From the NCBI GenBank assembly GCA_963769935.1, contig CAVYNY010000014.1, positions 1 to 64,000 of the forward strand: a DNA stretch of 64,000 nucleotides, given 5' to 3'. The first letter of the stretch is position 1. Each line of letters begins with the position of its first letter. The stretch comes from an uncultured delta proteobacterium (GTDB lineage: Bacteria; Desulfobacterota; Desulfobacteria; Desulfobacterales; JAFDCJ01). The position numbers were made by a program, and so were the translations under genes. Positions 51,254-60,029 of the stretch are shown in pieces. The notes beneath the pieces are model-generated. The model had not been told where the DNA came from. It searched no databases and saw nothing but the letters and a program-made list of their open reading frames with translations.

Positions 51254-51727
51254 ATGTCTATCCAAGAAGGCCAAGCCGCGCCGGAATTCATGCTGCCCGA
51301 CGCGGAGGGGGAAAAAGTCGCTTTAAAGGATTTCAAGGGCAAAAACGTTGTCGTCTACTTTTATCCCAAGGACAACACCTCCGGGTGAACCAAAGAAGCC
51401 GAGGGATTCCGTGACATTTACGGCGAATTCCAAAAACTCGATACGGTTGTCCTGGGGATATCCCCTGACAATGAATCCTCGCATGCGAAATTTTCCGCAG
51501 CACTCAAAATCCCTTTCCCGTTGCTGTGCGATCCGGAAAAAAAAGTGATGACAACCTACGAAGCTTTCGGGGAAAAAAAAATGTACGGCAAGGTCACCAT
51601 GGGTGTCATCCGGTCCACCGTGTGGGTAGGGCCTGACGGCAAGGTAAAAAAACACTGGCGCCATGTTGCCCAAGCTGCGGACCATCCCTCCCGCGTGCTG
51701 GAGACGCTGAAAGCCGAACTTGCGTAA
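51254..51727 (+). CDS. bcp: Peroxiredoxin (BCP/PrxQ), predicted selenoprotein
   Basis: AGGAGG RBS; APEF.L.D..G.KV.LKDFKGK.VVVYFYPKDNTSG[UGA]TKEAEGFRD...VLGISPD...LLCDP...IRST. The in-frame TGA at 51386-51388 is at the peroxidatic Cys position, and the frame stays open to 51727. Confidence 0.88.
51403..51431 (+). promoter_or_regulatory. Candidate bacterial SECIS element
   Basis: gggatt-ccgt / loop gacattt / acgg-cg-aattcc. The loop starts with G, 24 nt after the UGA. Confidence 0.55.
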
Positions 51728-51748
51728 AAGGGTTGTCGCACTCTGCCG

Positions 51749-51780
51749 AACCCCGCTTATCGATTCGACAGGCGGGGTTT
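51749..51780. terminator. Hairpin terminator between convergent bcp and GNAT genes
   Basis: aaccccgctt...aggcggggttt. Confidence 0.6.
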
Positions 51781-51798
51781 GCCGGGCTCCATTTCAAG

Positions 51799-52326
51799 TT
51801 AAGGATAAATGAGAGAAATGTCGATCCAGCCGTAGAACTCTACGTGCAGCACCTCACCGGCAAATGGCAGACGCTGGGTTTTGAGATGCAGGCCGTTGAT
51901 TTTTCGGTAAAAATTCCGGTAAGGATTCTGTTTGAGGACCTGAACGAGCATTGAATGTATGCCTAAATGATTGAACCGCCGGGTCAAGGCTTCAACCAGC
52001 AGTCGGCCGATCCCGCGCCGCTGGTAATTTTTCAAAACATACAACGTGTAAATTTCACCACCGTAGATCGCGTCGCGGTGCCTTTCAAAACCGCCGGTCG
52101 TAAACCCAACCACCCGGCCGTTGTCTTCGGCGACATAACTGAGCACCTGCCGGCCTGCCAGTTCTTTTAAAAACGCCTGCTCATGTTGGTCGACCGACAT
52201 GGCATATAAATAAGCAAACGGTACAATGCCGAGGTAGGTATCCTGCCACGTTTGCACGTAGATACAGGATATGGCATGCGCATCGAATCTTTGGGATGGT
52301 CGAATCTTCATTGGCACCTGCTGCAA
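51799..52326 (-). CDS. GNAT family N-acetyltransferase
   Basis: IYVQTWQDTY.GIVP, GEIYTLYVL..YQRRGIGRLL, NFYRK. Confidence 0.9.
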   Translation of the reverse strand: MQQVPMKIRPSQRFDAHAISCIYVQTWQDTYLGIVPFAYLYAMSVDQHEQAFLKELAGRQVLSYVAEDNGRVVGFTTGGFERHRDAIYGGEIYTLYVLKNYQRRGIGRLLVEALTRRFNHLGIHSMLVQVLKQNPYRNFYRKINGLHLKTQRLPFAGEVLHVEFYGWIDISLIYP

Positions 52327-52513
52327 CCGGATTATATGAACAATTATAATGATGATTGCGGAAATTGGAAATTATTTTGTTATTTTCTGACCCCGGCGAG
52401 CCGGATCAAGTTGCCGCAAAGACACAATATTTCTCAAGTTTTCTTGGTAAAATGCCGATGATTGATAATTAGAAAAGCCGGAAAAACAATTCGTGTCTTG
52501 CAAGAGAGATGTC

Positions 52514-53320
52514 ATGCCGACATTAGCCTTAAAAATTAAAAATAAGCTGCTTAGGAATTATCCGCTGCAAAAGGGCATCTCATTAAAGATCGGCCGACAG
52601 GGTAAAAATGACGTCGTCATCCAGGACATGGCTGTTTCCGGGCATCATGCCAAGATCGACTCGGTGGGTGAAGGGTTTGTATTTATTGATCTGCAAAGCA
52701 AGAACGGCTCCTTTGTCAACGAGCAGCTGACCAATTCCCACTGGCTGGAAGACGGAGACACTATCAATATCGGTGAGCATTCTCTGGTTTTTAACTATTC
52801 CAACGGAGAAAGTATGCCCGAGAACGAAAATGAGCAATTGGAAAGAACCATTATCCTGGATACAAGTCAGTATCGGAGCAGGATGCGAAAAAGCAATCCG
52901 ACCAGAAGTATTAATAATGTTGCCGGTTTCTGGGATAAGAGTCCGCATCGCACCCTCCGGGAGGAAATAAAGTCCCGTATTCAAATGCGACCCGCCCCGC
53001 GGAAGAAGGAGCCGGTCGGGGTCCTCAGGTATCTGGCCGGCGGCAGCGGCGAGGTTGATCTTGCCAGAAGGTACACCACCATCGGCAAACATCCGACATC
53101 GGACATTGTGACCAGGGGTCTGTTCGTCGGACAGACGGCGGTCACCATTAAAAAACAACCTGATGGTTTTCACTTATGCTTTGTCGGTGGGATCACCAAA
53201 CCCAAAGTCAATCAAAAAGCGGTGAAAAAATCAATCCTGCTCAAAGATGAGGATATCATTGATATAGGCTCCACCAAACTGCAATTTTTAAACGGACACG
53301 CATCGCAGAATAGTTTCTAG
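52514..53320 (+). CDS. Dual FHA domain protein
   Basis: FHA1 IGRQGKNDVVI.D.AVSGHHA...DLQSKNGSFVN; a degenerate FHA2 at the C-terminus. Confidence 0.88.
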   Translation: MPTLALKIKNKLLRNYPLQKGISLKIGRQGKNDVVIQDMAVSGHHAKIDSVGEGFVFIDLQSKNGSFVNEQLTNSHWLEDGDTINIGEHSLVFNYSNGESMPENENEQLERTIILDTSQYRSRMRKSNPTRSINNVAGFWDKSPHRTLREEIKSRIQMRPAPRKKEPVGVLRYLAGGSGEVDLARRYTTIGKHPTSDIVTRGLFVGQTAVTIKKQPDGFHLCFVGGITKPKVNQKAVKKSILLKDEDIIDIGSTKLQFLNGHASQNSF

Positions 53321-53336
53321 CCGAGGTCACAATCAA

Positions 53337-54182
53337 TTGTACTTATTTCGGGCTTTTTTTAGATCAAAAAATCGACGTTCACCCTCCAGGCCGGATTTTT
53401 TGAGAGCACCCGGTCAATCAGCGGGCCAAAAAATTGATGAACTCAATGGGAAAATCGGACGTCAGGCCACCTTGCTGATTGCGCTGCCCTTTTTCTTAGC
53501 CTCAATTTACTTATCCCACCGATACCTTTACAAGAGCGAAATTGACCCCATCCTCGTCCAAATCGTTATGCTGGCCGGTGCCGGTTTGGGCGTCTATTTT
53601 CTGGTGAGGATTCTGAAATTGATCAGAGAACGCCGGATGGCGCGGCTGGGATACGAGGGGGATATTGCCGTCGCCCGGGAACTGGATCGGCTCCTACTGG
53701 AAGGCAATCACGTCTACCACGATTTCCCGGCCGAAGATTCCAACATCGATCACATTGTCATCGGACGCTCAGGCATTTTTGCCGTTGCAACCGCCGCGCG
53801 CTCAAAACCTGCCGCGGCGAAGCGCATAGATGATGCGACCGTCGAATATGATGGGAAAATACTTATGTTTCCCAATGGCGACGACTATAAAACCATTGCC
53901 CAGGCAGAATGCCAGGCCGCCTGGATATCGGAGTGGATCAGCCGGGTCGTCGGCCAAGAGGTCGCAGCCCGGGCGATTGTTGCGCTGCCGGGCTGGTTCG
54001 TAAAAAGAACCTCCCCGGACGGTATATCTGTCGTTAACCCGGATCAGTTCTCCTCCCTTTTCAGACACATCAAACCGAGATTCCTGACGGATGAAATGAT
54101 TACCCGCATCGTGGCTCAGATTGAGCAAAAGTGCCGGGATGTAAAACCGGCGGTTGAAACTCAGGACGGCACGCCGACGTAA
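53337..54182 (+). CDS. Membrane-anchored NERD-domain protein, catalytic motif degenerate
   Basis: LRAPGQS, two TM helices, LGYEGD..VA.EL, HVYHDFP, NIDHIVIG.SGIFAVATA (expected VETK). Confidence 0.8.
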   Translation: MYLFRAFFRSKNRRSPSRPDFLRAPGQSAGQKIDELNGKIGRQATLLIALPFFLASIYLSHRYLYKSEIDPILVQIVMLAGAGLGVYFLVRILKLIRERRMARLGYEGDIAVARELDRLLLEGNHVYHDFPAEDSNIDHIVIGRSGIFAVATAARSKPAAAKRIDDATVEYDGKILMFPNGDDYKTIAQAECQAAWISEWISRVVGQEVAARAIVALPGWFVKRTSPDGISVVNPDQFSSLFRHIKPRFLTDEMITRIVAQIEQKCRDVKPAVETQDGTPT

Positions 54183-54193
54183 ACGCAAAAGAA

Positions 54194-54220
54194 ATAATTT
54201 GGGGCTTCGCCCCAAATTAT
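54194..54220. terminator. Perfect 12-bp hairpin (terminator-like)
   Basis: ataatttggggc-ttc-gccccaaattat just after the NERD stop. Confidence 0.65.
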
Positions 54221-54319
54221 CATGAAGCGATTGAAAAACAAAGTGGTATCTACTATAAATTACTCCGCCCTGAATGTACTAATTTTTCTTGGCGGATAAA
54301 CTGGGAGGACGCAAGAAAT

Positions 54320-54481
54320 TTGAAAATCGTTCTGACAAACGACGATGGATACAGCTACAATGGCAACATCCACGAACGTCCGCGTAATTCCGGGACAGAT
54401 GTGGCAGTCTGTTTCGATGATAAAAAAATCGCTATAACACGGATTGCGGTGGGTACCACGAAGTTGGACCAACACGGCTGA
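54320..54481 (+). pseudogene. surE: Internally deleted SurE (5'/3'-nucleotidase) remnant forming a 53-aa in-frame mini-ORF
   Basis: GGGAGG RBS, TTG start, MKIVLTNDDGY (SurE N-terminal motif) fused in frame to SYNGNIHERPRNSGTDVAVCFDDKKIAITRI (SurE C-terminal GTD..V...I.IT pattern). Confidence 0.75.
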
Positions 54482-54561
54482 CTCTTCGGCTATGACCGCT
54501 TCACTGGACACCGGATTCGATTTGCTTTCAAAGAGGAAGTCAGGTTATGAACAACCCAAAG

Positions 54562-54595
54562 AGCAAGGGGCGGTTGACTTCAACCACCCCTTGCT
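54562..54595 (-). terminator. Intrinsic terminator-like hairpin
   Basis: agcaagggg(c/t)ggttg-actt-caaccaccccttgct, with a short T-run on the minus strand. Confidence 0.55.
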
Positions 54596-54624
54596 GGAAA
54601 TATAGCAGTTAAGTTGATAAGTTT

Positions 54625-54720
54625 CCTGGAACCTGCGCCATCTGATTGGGCCCCCGTTATGCCGTTTTCTGAAAAATCACGCACATCCGAGAAGCCCCTA
54701 ATCCGTCGCCGCAAACTCTT
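54625..54720 (-). ncRNA. Candidate structured RNA (long bulged hairpin), unassigned
   Basis: Minus strand gattaggggcttctcggatgtgcgt...acggcataacgggggcccaatc self-pairs and is followed by a terminator. No ORF. Confidence 0.3.
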
Positions 54721-54982
54721 TTTTATACTATAACCTTTGGAGGCCGGAGGCCGTCGCGTGGTTTATTGTTTTATGTTAGATTGGGCGACAGGTTAAAAGC
54801 GATAACGTATAATAGCAAATAGCGTTCCAAATACTTCCGGTCGACCATGGAGTTTTAATTCGCTTAAAACTCGGCAACTTAGAATCCAGGGCCGAAAGTA
54901 GCCGGCAAGCGACACGCATTCCGGCGTTGCAATTTGCCAATTGCAAATGCGAATTGCAAAAAAGGGCAGGTCTTTGCTATTT

Positions 54983-56032
54983 TCACGACCCGGCTTCCGT
55001 CGGTACAACCGTCAGCTCATTTAATTTTTGTTCCCGGAGCACGGTAATCTGGATCGACCTGCCGATAGGCCACTCGGACAGGAATCGATGCAGGTCGTCA
55101 ATGCTGCCGACCGCCTGCTCATTGACTGCGGTAATTAAGTCCCCAATCTGCAAGCCCGCCCGGACGGCGGGTCCCTGCGGCTCAACCGCCAGGACCTCTA
55201 CCGCATCGTTCCGGCTGAGTCCATGGAGTCTGATCAGACGGCGATGAAGCGGGCGCTGGCGACCGGCAATCCCCAAAAATCCTCGCCGCACACGTCCATG
55301 GGTCAACAGTTGTGACACTACCCACCGGGCGGTATTGCCGGGAACCGAAAAGCCGATTCCCTGGGCCATGGCAATGATAGCCGTGTTGATGCCGACAACC
55401 TTGCCGCCTGAATCCAGCAGCGGCCCGCCTGAATTGCCGGGATTGAGGGGGGCGGTATGTTGAATGATATTTTCGATGAGCCGCCCCTGGCGGCTTCGCA
55501 AAGCGCGTCCGAGGGCGCTGACAACGCCGGTGGATACCGTGGACTGGAAGCCAAACGGATTGCCCATGGCAATCACCAGCTGCCCCGCCCGCAGCCGGGC
55601 CGAATCTCCCAGGGTCGCGGCCGTTAAATAAGATGTATCCGCCCGGATAACGGCTAAATCCGTAGCCGGATCCGTACCTACCAGGGTCGCGGACAGGCTT
55701 GCGCCGTCGGTCAGGCTGACCGATACAAGCCCGGCATTCCCAACCACGTGGTCGTTGGTTAAAATATAGCCGTCCGGAGCGATAACGACGCCGGATCCGG
55801 TACCGGCTTGCTCCGGTCCCCGGCGCCGGTCCGGTTTACCGGTCGACACGCTGACAACCGATAGACCGACGGAATCGACCACCGATATGACCGCCCGGGA
55901 GTAGGCGTCGAGAAGTTCCAGATCCCGGGGCTCATTTGACCGGCCGCTGTTGTCTCCATTCAACTCATCACCTAACGCGGCACCGTTCATAAACTGCAGG
56001 GTTCGCTGGATATTCGCATCCATCCTATTCAT
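54983..56032 (-). CDS. HtrA/DegP-like S1C serine protease with PDZ, no signal peptide
   Basis: GSGVVI, TNDHVV, DLAV, NPGNSGGPL, GFLGI PDZ. Confidence 0.92.
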   Translation of the reverse strand: MNRMDANIQRTLQFMNGAALGDELNGDNSGRSNEPRDLELLDAYSRAVISVVDSVGLSVVSVSTGKPDRRRGPEQAGTGSGVVIAPDGYILTNDHVVGNAGLVSVSLTDGASLSATLVGTDPATDLAVIRADTSYLTAATLGDSARLRAGQLVIAMGNPFGFQSTVSTGVVSALGRALRSRQGRLIENIIQHTAPLNPGNSGGPLLDSGGKVVGINTAIIAMAQGIGFSVPGNTARWVVSQLLTHGRVRRGFLGIAGRQRPLHRRLIRLHGLSRNDAVEVLAVEPQGPAVRAGLQIGDLITAVNEQAVGSIDDLHRFLSEWPIGRSIQITVLREQKLNELTVVPTEAGS

Positions 56033-56063
56033 GCTCCTTGAGCTAAAATTGTTGGCTGAAGCA

Positions 56064-56130
56064 AAGAATCCCGGCCCAGCTTCCTGCCCGTAGGCCTACA
56101 GCCCGGAGGGAGGACCAGGTTTTCAAGGTT
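56064..56130. repeat. Dispersed REP-like repeat, copy 2
   Basis: Aligns to 35166-35263. Confidence 0.7.
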
Positions 56131-56419
56131 AAAATAAAAGTTAAGTCCCATTTTAACCGAATGCAAGCAAGGTGTTATCCGACTGCCTATGGGCGAGGCA
56201 AAGGGGATGGGTATTATCAGGCTTGAACGCCGGGCAAATTATTTTCCGGCGGATGCATCTTGCATAATCGCCGCGAAGCCAATACTATCAGGAAAATGTG
56301 ACTATGCCGTTTAATTAATCCGCCGGACCTTGAATTTAAAAACTTTCTGCAATTGTTAAAGAGCAAACGACAACCCTGAACGCACTATTTTTCAGGGAGG
56401 AGTAATAATAGGACTGCTG

Positions 56420-56575
56420 ATGAAAACGACTACCAAGATATTGATCTGTCTGATCATCTTTGCCATAATCGACACCGTTATTCCAATCCCCCTTACGGCT
56501 CTCCTATTGATCTATGTTCTGACGGAAAAGCCGCCATGGTTTAAGAACCTGGTAACCCGGATTTATGGAGCGTAA
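56420..56575 (+). CDS. 51-aa small membrane protein (below ORF-track cutoff)
   Basis: MKTTTKILICLIIFAIIDTVIPIPLTALLLIYVLTEKPPWFKNLVTRIYGA*, with an AGGA RBS. Confidence 0.75.
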   Translation: MKTTTKILICLIIFAIIDTVIPIPLTALLLIYVLTEKPPWFKNLVTRIYGA

Positions 56576-56611
56576 TTTTGCAGTGACTGATAGACCCGAC
56601 CACCTGGAAGT

Positions 56612-56639
56612 CAGTATCCAGAAACCAGTATCCAGGATC
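56612..56639. repeat. Heptamer micro-repeat (cagtatc-like x4)
   Basis: cagtatc cagaaac cagtatc caggatc, the reverse complement of the GATRCTG family at 10494. Confidence 0.65.
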
Positions 56640-56647
56640 AATCCATA

Positions 56648-57271
56648 ATGGTAATGCTTACGCAACTTCCCAAAATTTTAAAAGAATATGCCGATTTTGA
56701 AACTGAAGTCAGGCAGCAGATGGCCGATTTTTGCGCGCTTCACTGCTCGATCTGTGAGCGTGTTTGCTGTCGTCCGGAATATTGTCGTGAAAATGTCGAC
56801 AGCCCTTTTCTGACTTTATTAAGCTCCAAAGTCCTTCAAATCACGGCATATAGTGCCGAATGCGGATGGTTGGCAGCAACCGGCTGCGCCTTGTCCACCG
56901 GCAGACCGCCGGTTTGCTACCAGTTTAACTGCAAAAAAATATTTGACTCCCTGCCCGATGACAACCACCGCTATGTCTTGGGTGTGCTTTCAGAACTTGT
57001 ACCCCATGTCGGAAAGCGGGCGTTTGGCAGCACGCATCTGGTGGAGATTATGGATGTCTCCCAACTTGAGCGGGTTGATATCAACCGTTTTCTAAAGCGC
57101 CTGACTGAAGCCCGCCGGGCACTGGATGCAATCCGCTCATTTGCCGGAAATAGACGCCTGCCGGATTCAGCGCTGAAAGCCCTGCAAAGAATTAAGCCCG
57201 GGCCGGCCTCGCCGGCCTCAGGCACAAGGATAACGCGATGTATAAAACACAACTCAGCCGGCGGCCGATAA
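56648..57271 (+). CDS. Cys-cluster hypothetical protein (YkgJ-like)
   Basis: CALHCSICERVCCRPEYC and GC.L..GRPPVCYQFNC. Confidence 0.7.
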   Translation: MVMLTQLPKILKEYADFETEVRQQMADFCALHCSICERVCCRPEYCRENVDSPFLTLLSSKVLQITAYSAECGWLAATGCALSTGRPPVCYQFNCKKIFDSLPDDNHRYVLGVLSELVPHVGKRAFGSTHLVEIMDVSQLERVDINRFLKRLTEARRALDAIRSFAGNRRLPDSALKALQRIKPGPASPASGTRITRCIKHNSAGGR

Positions 57272-58152
57272 TCATCCTCCTGATCCTTACCATGATTTGG
57301 GGCAGCAACATGGCCTTTATTAAAATTGCGTCGCGTGAAATGGCGCCCATATTCATGGCCGGTCTGCGTTCGGTGATCGCCGCTTTGTGTCTTTATATCT
57401 GGATGAAAGCCCGCCGGATTAAAATTTTCCCATCGGCCGCGATTGTTTGCCACGGGATTGTGGTTGGAGTTCTATTCGGCTCCGAGTTCGGTCTCATCTT
57501 CGTCGGTCTGAAATACACGCTGGCTTCCCGCGGATACGTGCTTCTTTATTGCGCTCCTTTCTTCGCCGCTTTGGGGGCCCACTTCTTTCTGGACGGTGAT
57601 CGTTTCACGACCTGGAAGACCGCCGGCTTGCTGTCGGCTTTCTGCGGCGTGGTGGTTTTATTTATGAAAAATGCCGGCTCTTTTTCCTTCGAAGCTTTGC
57701 CGGGCGATGTTTTATTTCTGATTGCCGGCGCCGCGTGGGGGGCAACAACCGTTTACATCAAAAAATACCTGGTCCACCAATCCGAACCGCTGCAAATCCT
57801 CTTTTACCAGTTGTTTTTTTCGGCGCCGTTTCTACTGGTATTCAGCTGCATACTGGAAGACTCTATTTTATGGGGTGTGTCTTTTGCCCTGGTATTTTCG
57901 CTGTTCTACCAGTGCATCATTGTTGCATTTCTCAGCTACCTGGTCTGGTTTATGCTGATTTCCCGGTACCCGGTCAGCTTAATGCATGCGTTTTCGTTTT
58001 TTACCCCGCTGTTTGGGGTTCTTTTCAGCGGACTGCTGATTCTGGGAGAGACGATCAGTCCCAACCTGGTCATGGCATTGATTCTGGTCAGTCTGGGGAT
58101 GGTGCTCGTCAATTATCAGCCGGCACCAAAGCGAAAGGAAGCAGCAAAGTGA
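57238..58152 (+). CDS. DMT/EamA family transporter
   Basis: About 10 TM segments, IWGSN...AGLRS, F.F.TPLFGV...LGE. Confidence 0.9.
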   Translation: MYKTQLSRRPIIILLILTMIWGSNMAFIKIASREMAPIFMAGLRSVIAALCLYIWMKARRIKIFPSAAIVCHGIVVGVLFGSEFGLIFVGLKYTLASRGYVLLYCAPFFAALGAHFFLDGDRFTTWKTAGLLSAFCGVVVLFMKNAGSFSFEALPGDVLFLIAGAAWGATTVYIKKYLVHQSEPLQILFYQLFFSAPFLLVFSCILEDSILWGVSFALVFSLFYQCIIVAFLSYLVWFMLISRYPVSLMHAFSFFTPLFGVLFSGLLILGETISPNLVMALILVSLGMVLVNYQPAPKRKEAAK

Positions 58153-58231
58153 AAGGAATTTCTGACCCTTGAAACCACCGCCGTTCAGGCCGGAATTTCA
58201 GAAGAAAAAGATTTGAAACCATTTCCAGCGA

Positions 58232-59737
58232 TTATCGGACGGTAAAATCCATATGGCGGCTGATCGGCGCCGTGTCAAATAGAGTGCCGGGATTCAATAT
58301 ATCATCGGGATCGAAAAGTTTCTTAATTTCACGCAGATAGCTAAAGGCGGGTCCCAGTTCCAGCTCGAGGTAAATCGAACGGGACCGGCCGGCATTGTGC
58401 TCGCCGACCAGAGTGCCCTTATATTTTTGCAGGATTTTAAACGATTCCTCTGAGACGGTCTCGATTTGCTCTGCCAAATCGCTGCGGGTCGCATCAAAAT
58501 AGGGTCTGGCATGGATGCTGCCGAAACCGAGGTGTCCGTAAAAGGAAATTTCTACTCCCAGCTGCTGCATTAATTCTCCCAGTTCCGGGATGACCGCACC
58601 GAAATCTTTCAGGTGAATGGCCACGTCATCGATAATCGGCACCAGCAGCAGATTATTTTCACGGCAATATTTTGAGAGGGAGGGCTGGATTCGCTTACGG
58701 TCCTGCCACAGGGCCGCCTCCTCCGGGCTTCCGGCTTCGATATTCCAAATACGGGCGATGTTGTATGCCTCAACGATTTGCCGTCCCTGCTGCGCCTGTT
58801 CACAGGAGCCGTCAAATTCCGCGACCAGCGTACCGACAATGCCCGGGTCTTCCAGGTTGAGGATTTTCCCGTTGACGCGTCCGGCACATGATGCATCGGT
58901 AAATTCCAAAGCAGCGGGATTCAGGGCTTTCAACCGCAGGGCCGCGTCGCTGAACTCATCATATTCCCGGAAATGAGCCACAAAGGTCCCCTGGGAGGGT
59001 CGCTGATCGATCAATTTAAGTCTTATCTCGGTCACTATCCCCAACGTACCGATGCCCCCGACCAGCAGGTGTGCGGCCAGCTCCGCCATATCGCGATACT
59101 GCGCAAGGGCCTTCAGATTGTAACCACCGGCGATGTAGGGTCGATTGTCGATGATTGCGCGGCTCGCGGCATCGGCCAGATAATTTTGCTGAATCCGCCG
59201 CAACCCGGCTTCAAGGTATTCGGGCAGGTCTTGAGCTGTATCAATCACATCTCCGGCTGCGGTAATGAATCGCAGGGAGGTCACAAAGGCATCCAGGGTG
59301 CCGTATTTGGCTGTGCGCGGACCGGTGGAGCGGGTGCCGACGTTGCCGCCCAAAGCGCAGATGGCGCTGCTGGAGGGAACCGCCGGCAGCATCAGATGGT
59401 GTTCGGAAATTTGTTTAACAAAGTGGTCCAGGATCATTCCCGGCTGGACGATGGTTTCTTCCCCCACGGCAACCAGCCGGTTAAGGTATTTTTTGAAATC
59501 CAGGATGATCCCCGGTCCGATGGACGCTCCGCTCAGGTCGCTGCCCCCGGAACGGGACACAATCCCGAGCCCCTCGTTGCGCGCAAATTGCAGCGTGCGA
59601 ATCACATCTTCCTCGTTGCGGGGCGCCACCACCGCGGCGGGTACGATGCGGTAGTAACTCATATCCCGGCTGAATCTTTCCAGGGTGTCGGCGTCGGCGT
59701 GCCATTCGCCGCTGATATTCAGATTGTCTAAATTCAT
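58232..59737 (-). CDS. FAD-binding oxidoreductase (GlcD/D-lactate dehydrogenase-like)
   Basis: P.AVVAP, RSGGSDLSG, VQPG, LGGNVGT, GTLGIVTE, GHLGFGSIH, GEHNAG, FDPDDILNPG. Confidence 0.9.
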   Translation of the reverse strand: MNLDNLNISGEWHADADTLERFSRDMSYYRIVPAAVVAPRNEEDVIRTLQFARNEGLGIVSRSGGSDLSGASIGPGIILDFKKYLNRLVAVGEETIVQPGMILDHFVKQISEHHLMLPAVPSSSAICALGGNVGTRSTGPRTAKYGTLDAFVTSLRFITAAGDVIDTAQDLPEYLEAGLRRIQQNYLADAASRAIIDNRPYIAGGYNLKALAQYRDMAELAAHLLVGGIGTLGIVTEIRLKLIDQRPSQGTFVAHFREYDEFSDAALRLKALNPAALEFTDASCAGRVNGKILNLEDPGIVGTLVAEFDGSCEQAQQGRQIVEAYNIARIWNIEAGSPEEAALWQDRKRIQPSLSKYCRENNLLLVPIIDDVAIHLKDFGAVIPELGELMQQLGVEISFYGHLGFGSIHARPYFDATRSDLAEQIETVSEESFKILQKYKGTLVGEHNAGRSRSIYLELELGPAFSYLREIKKLFDPDDILNPGTLFDTAPISRHMDFTVR

Positions 59738-60029
59738 GCTGCCACCTGATTGATTGGAATACTGTCTGAAAATATGGCGATCGTCGGCTTGTATGTCAAG
59801 ATCGGATAAGGTGCCTTGTCATTCCGATTATGGGACTTACTGGACCCGGGTGCTGGCTTCGCCAAAGAAGAGCGCATATGCCTGCGACATGAACATCATT
59901 TGACAATTCAAGCGGCCGGCCTTATACCCACTGTGTATCATTGAGCGGTTAAAAGCGAGATGGATGCTTTTGATTACTCCACCCTGAAAAATAACCCCTC
60001 AATCAAGTCTACCGCAAGGAGAATTTCGG

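Noticed and set aside
51077..51388. 103-aa ORF and separate 68-aa ORF (51521-51727) as two genes or a pseudogene
   Set aside because: Better explained as one peroxiredoxin read through UGA as selenocysteine.
54260..54511. 83-aa minus ORF
   Set aside because: Antisense to the SurE remnant, which carries the recognisable motifs and the RBS.
54738..54765. Minus-strand gcctccggcct, resembling part of a c-di-GMP-I riboswitch
   Set aside because: No GGCAAAC/GAAA P2 hairpin or GCAAAG junction upstream.
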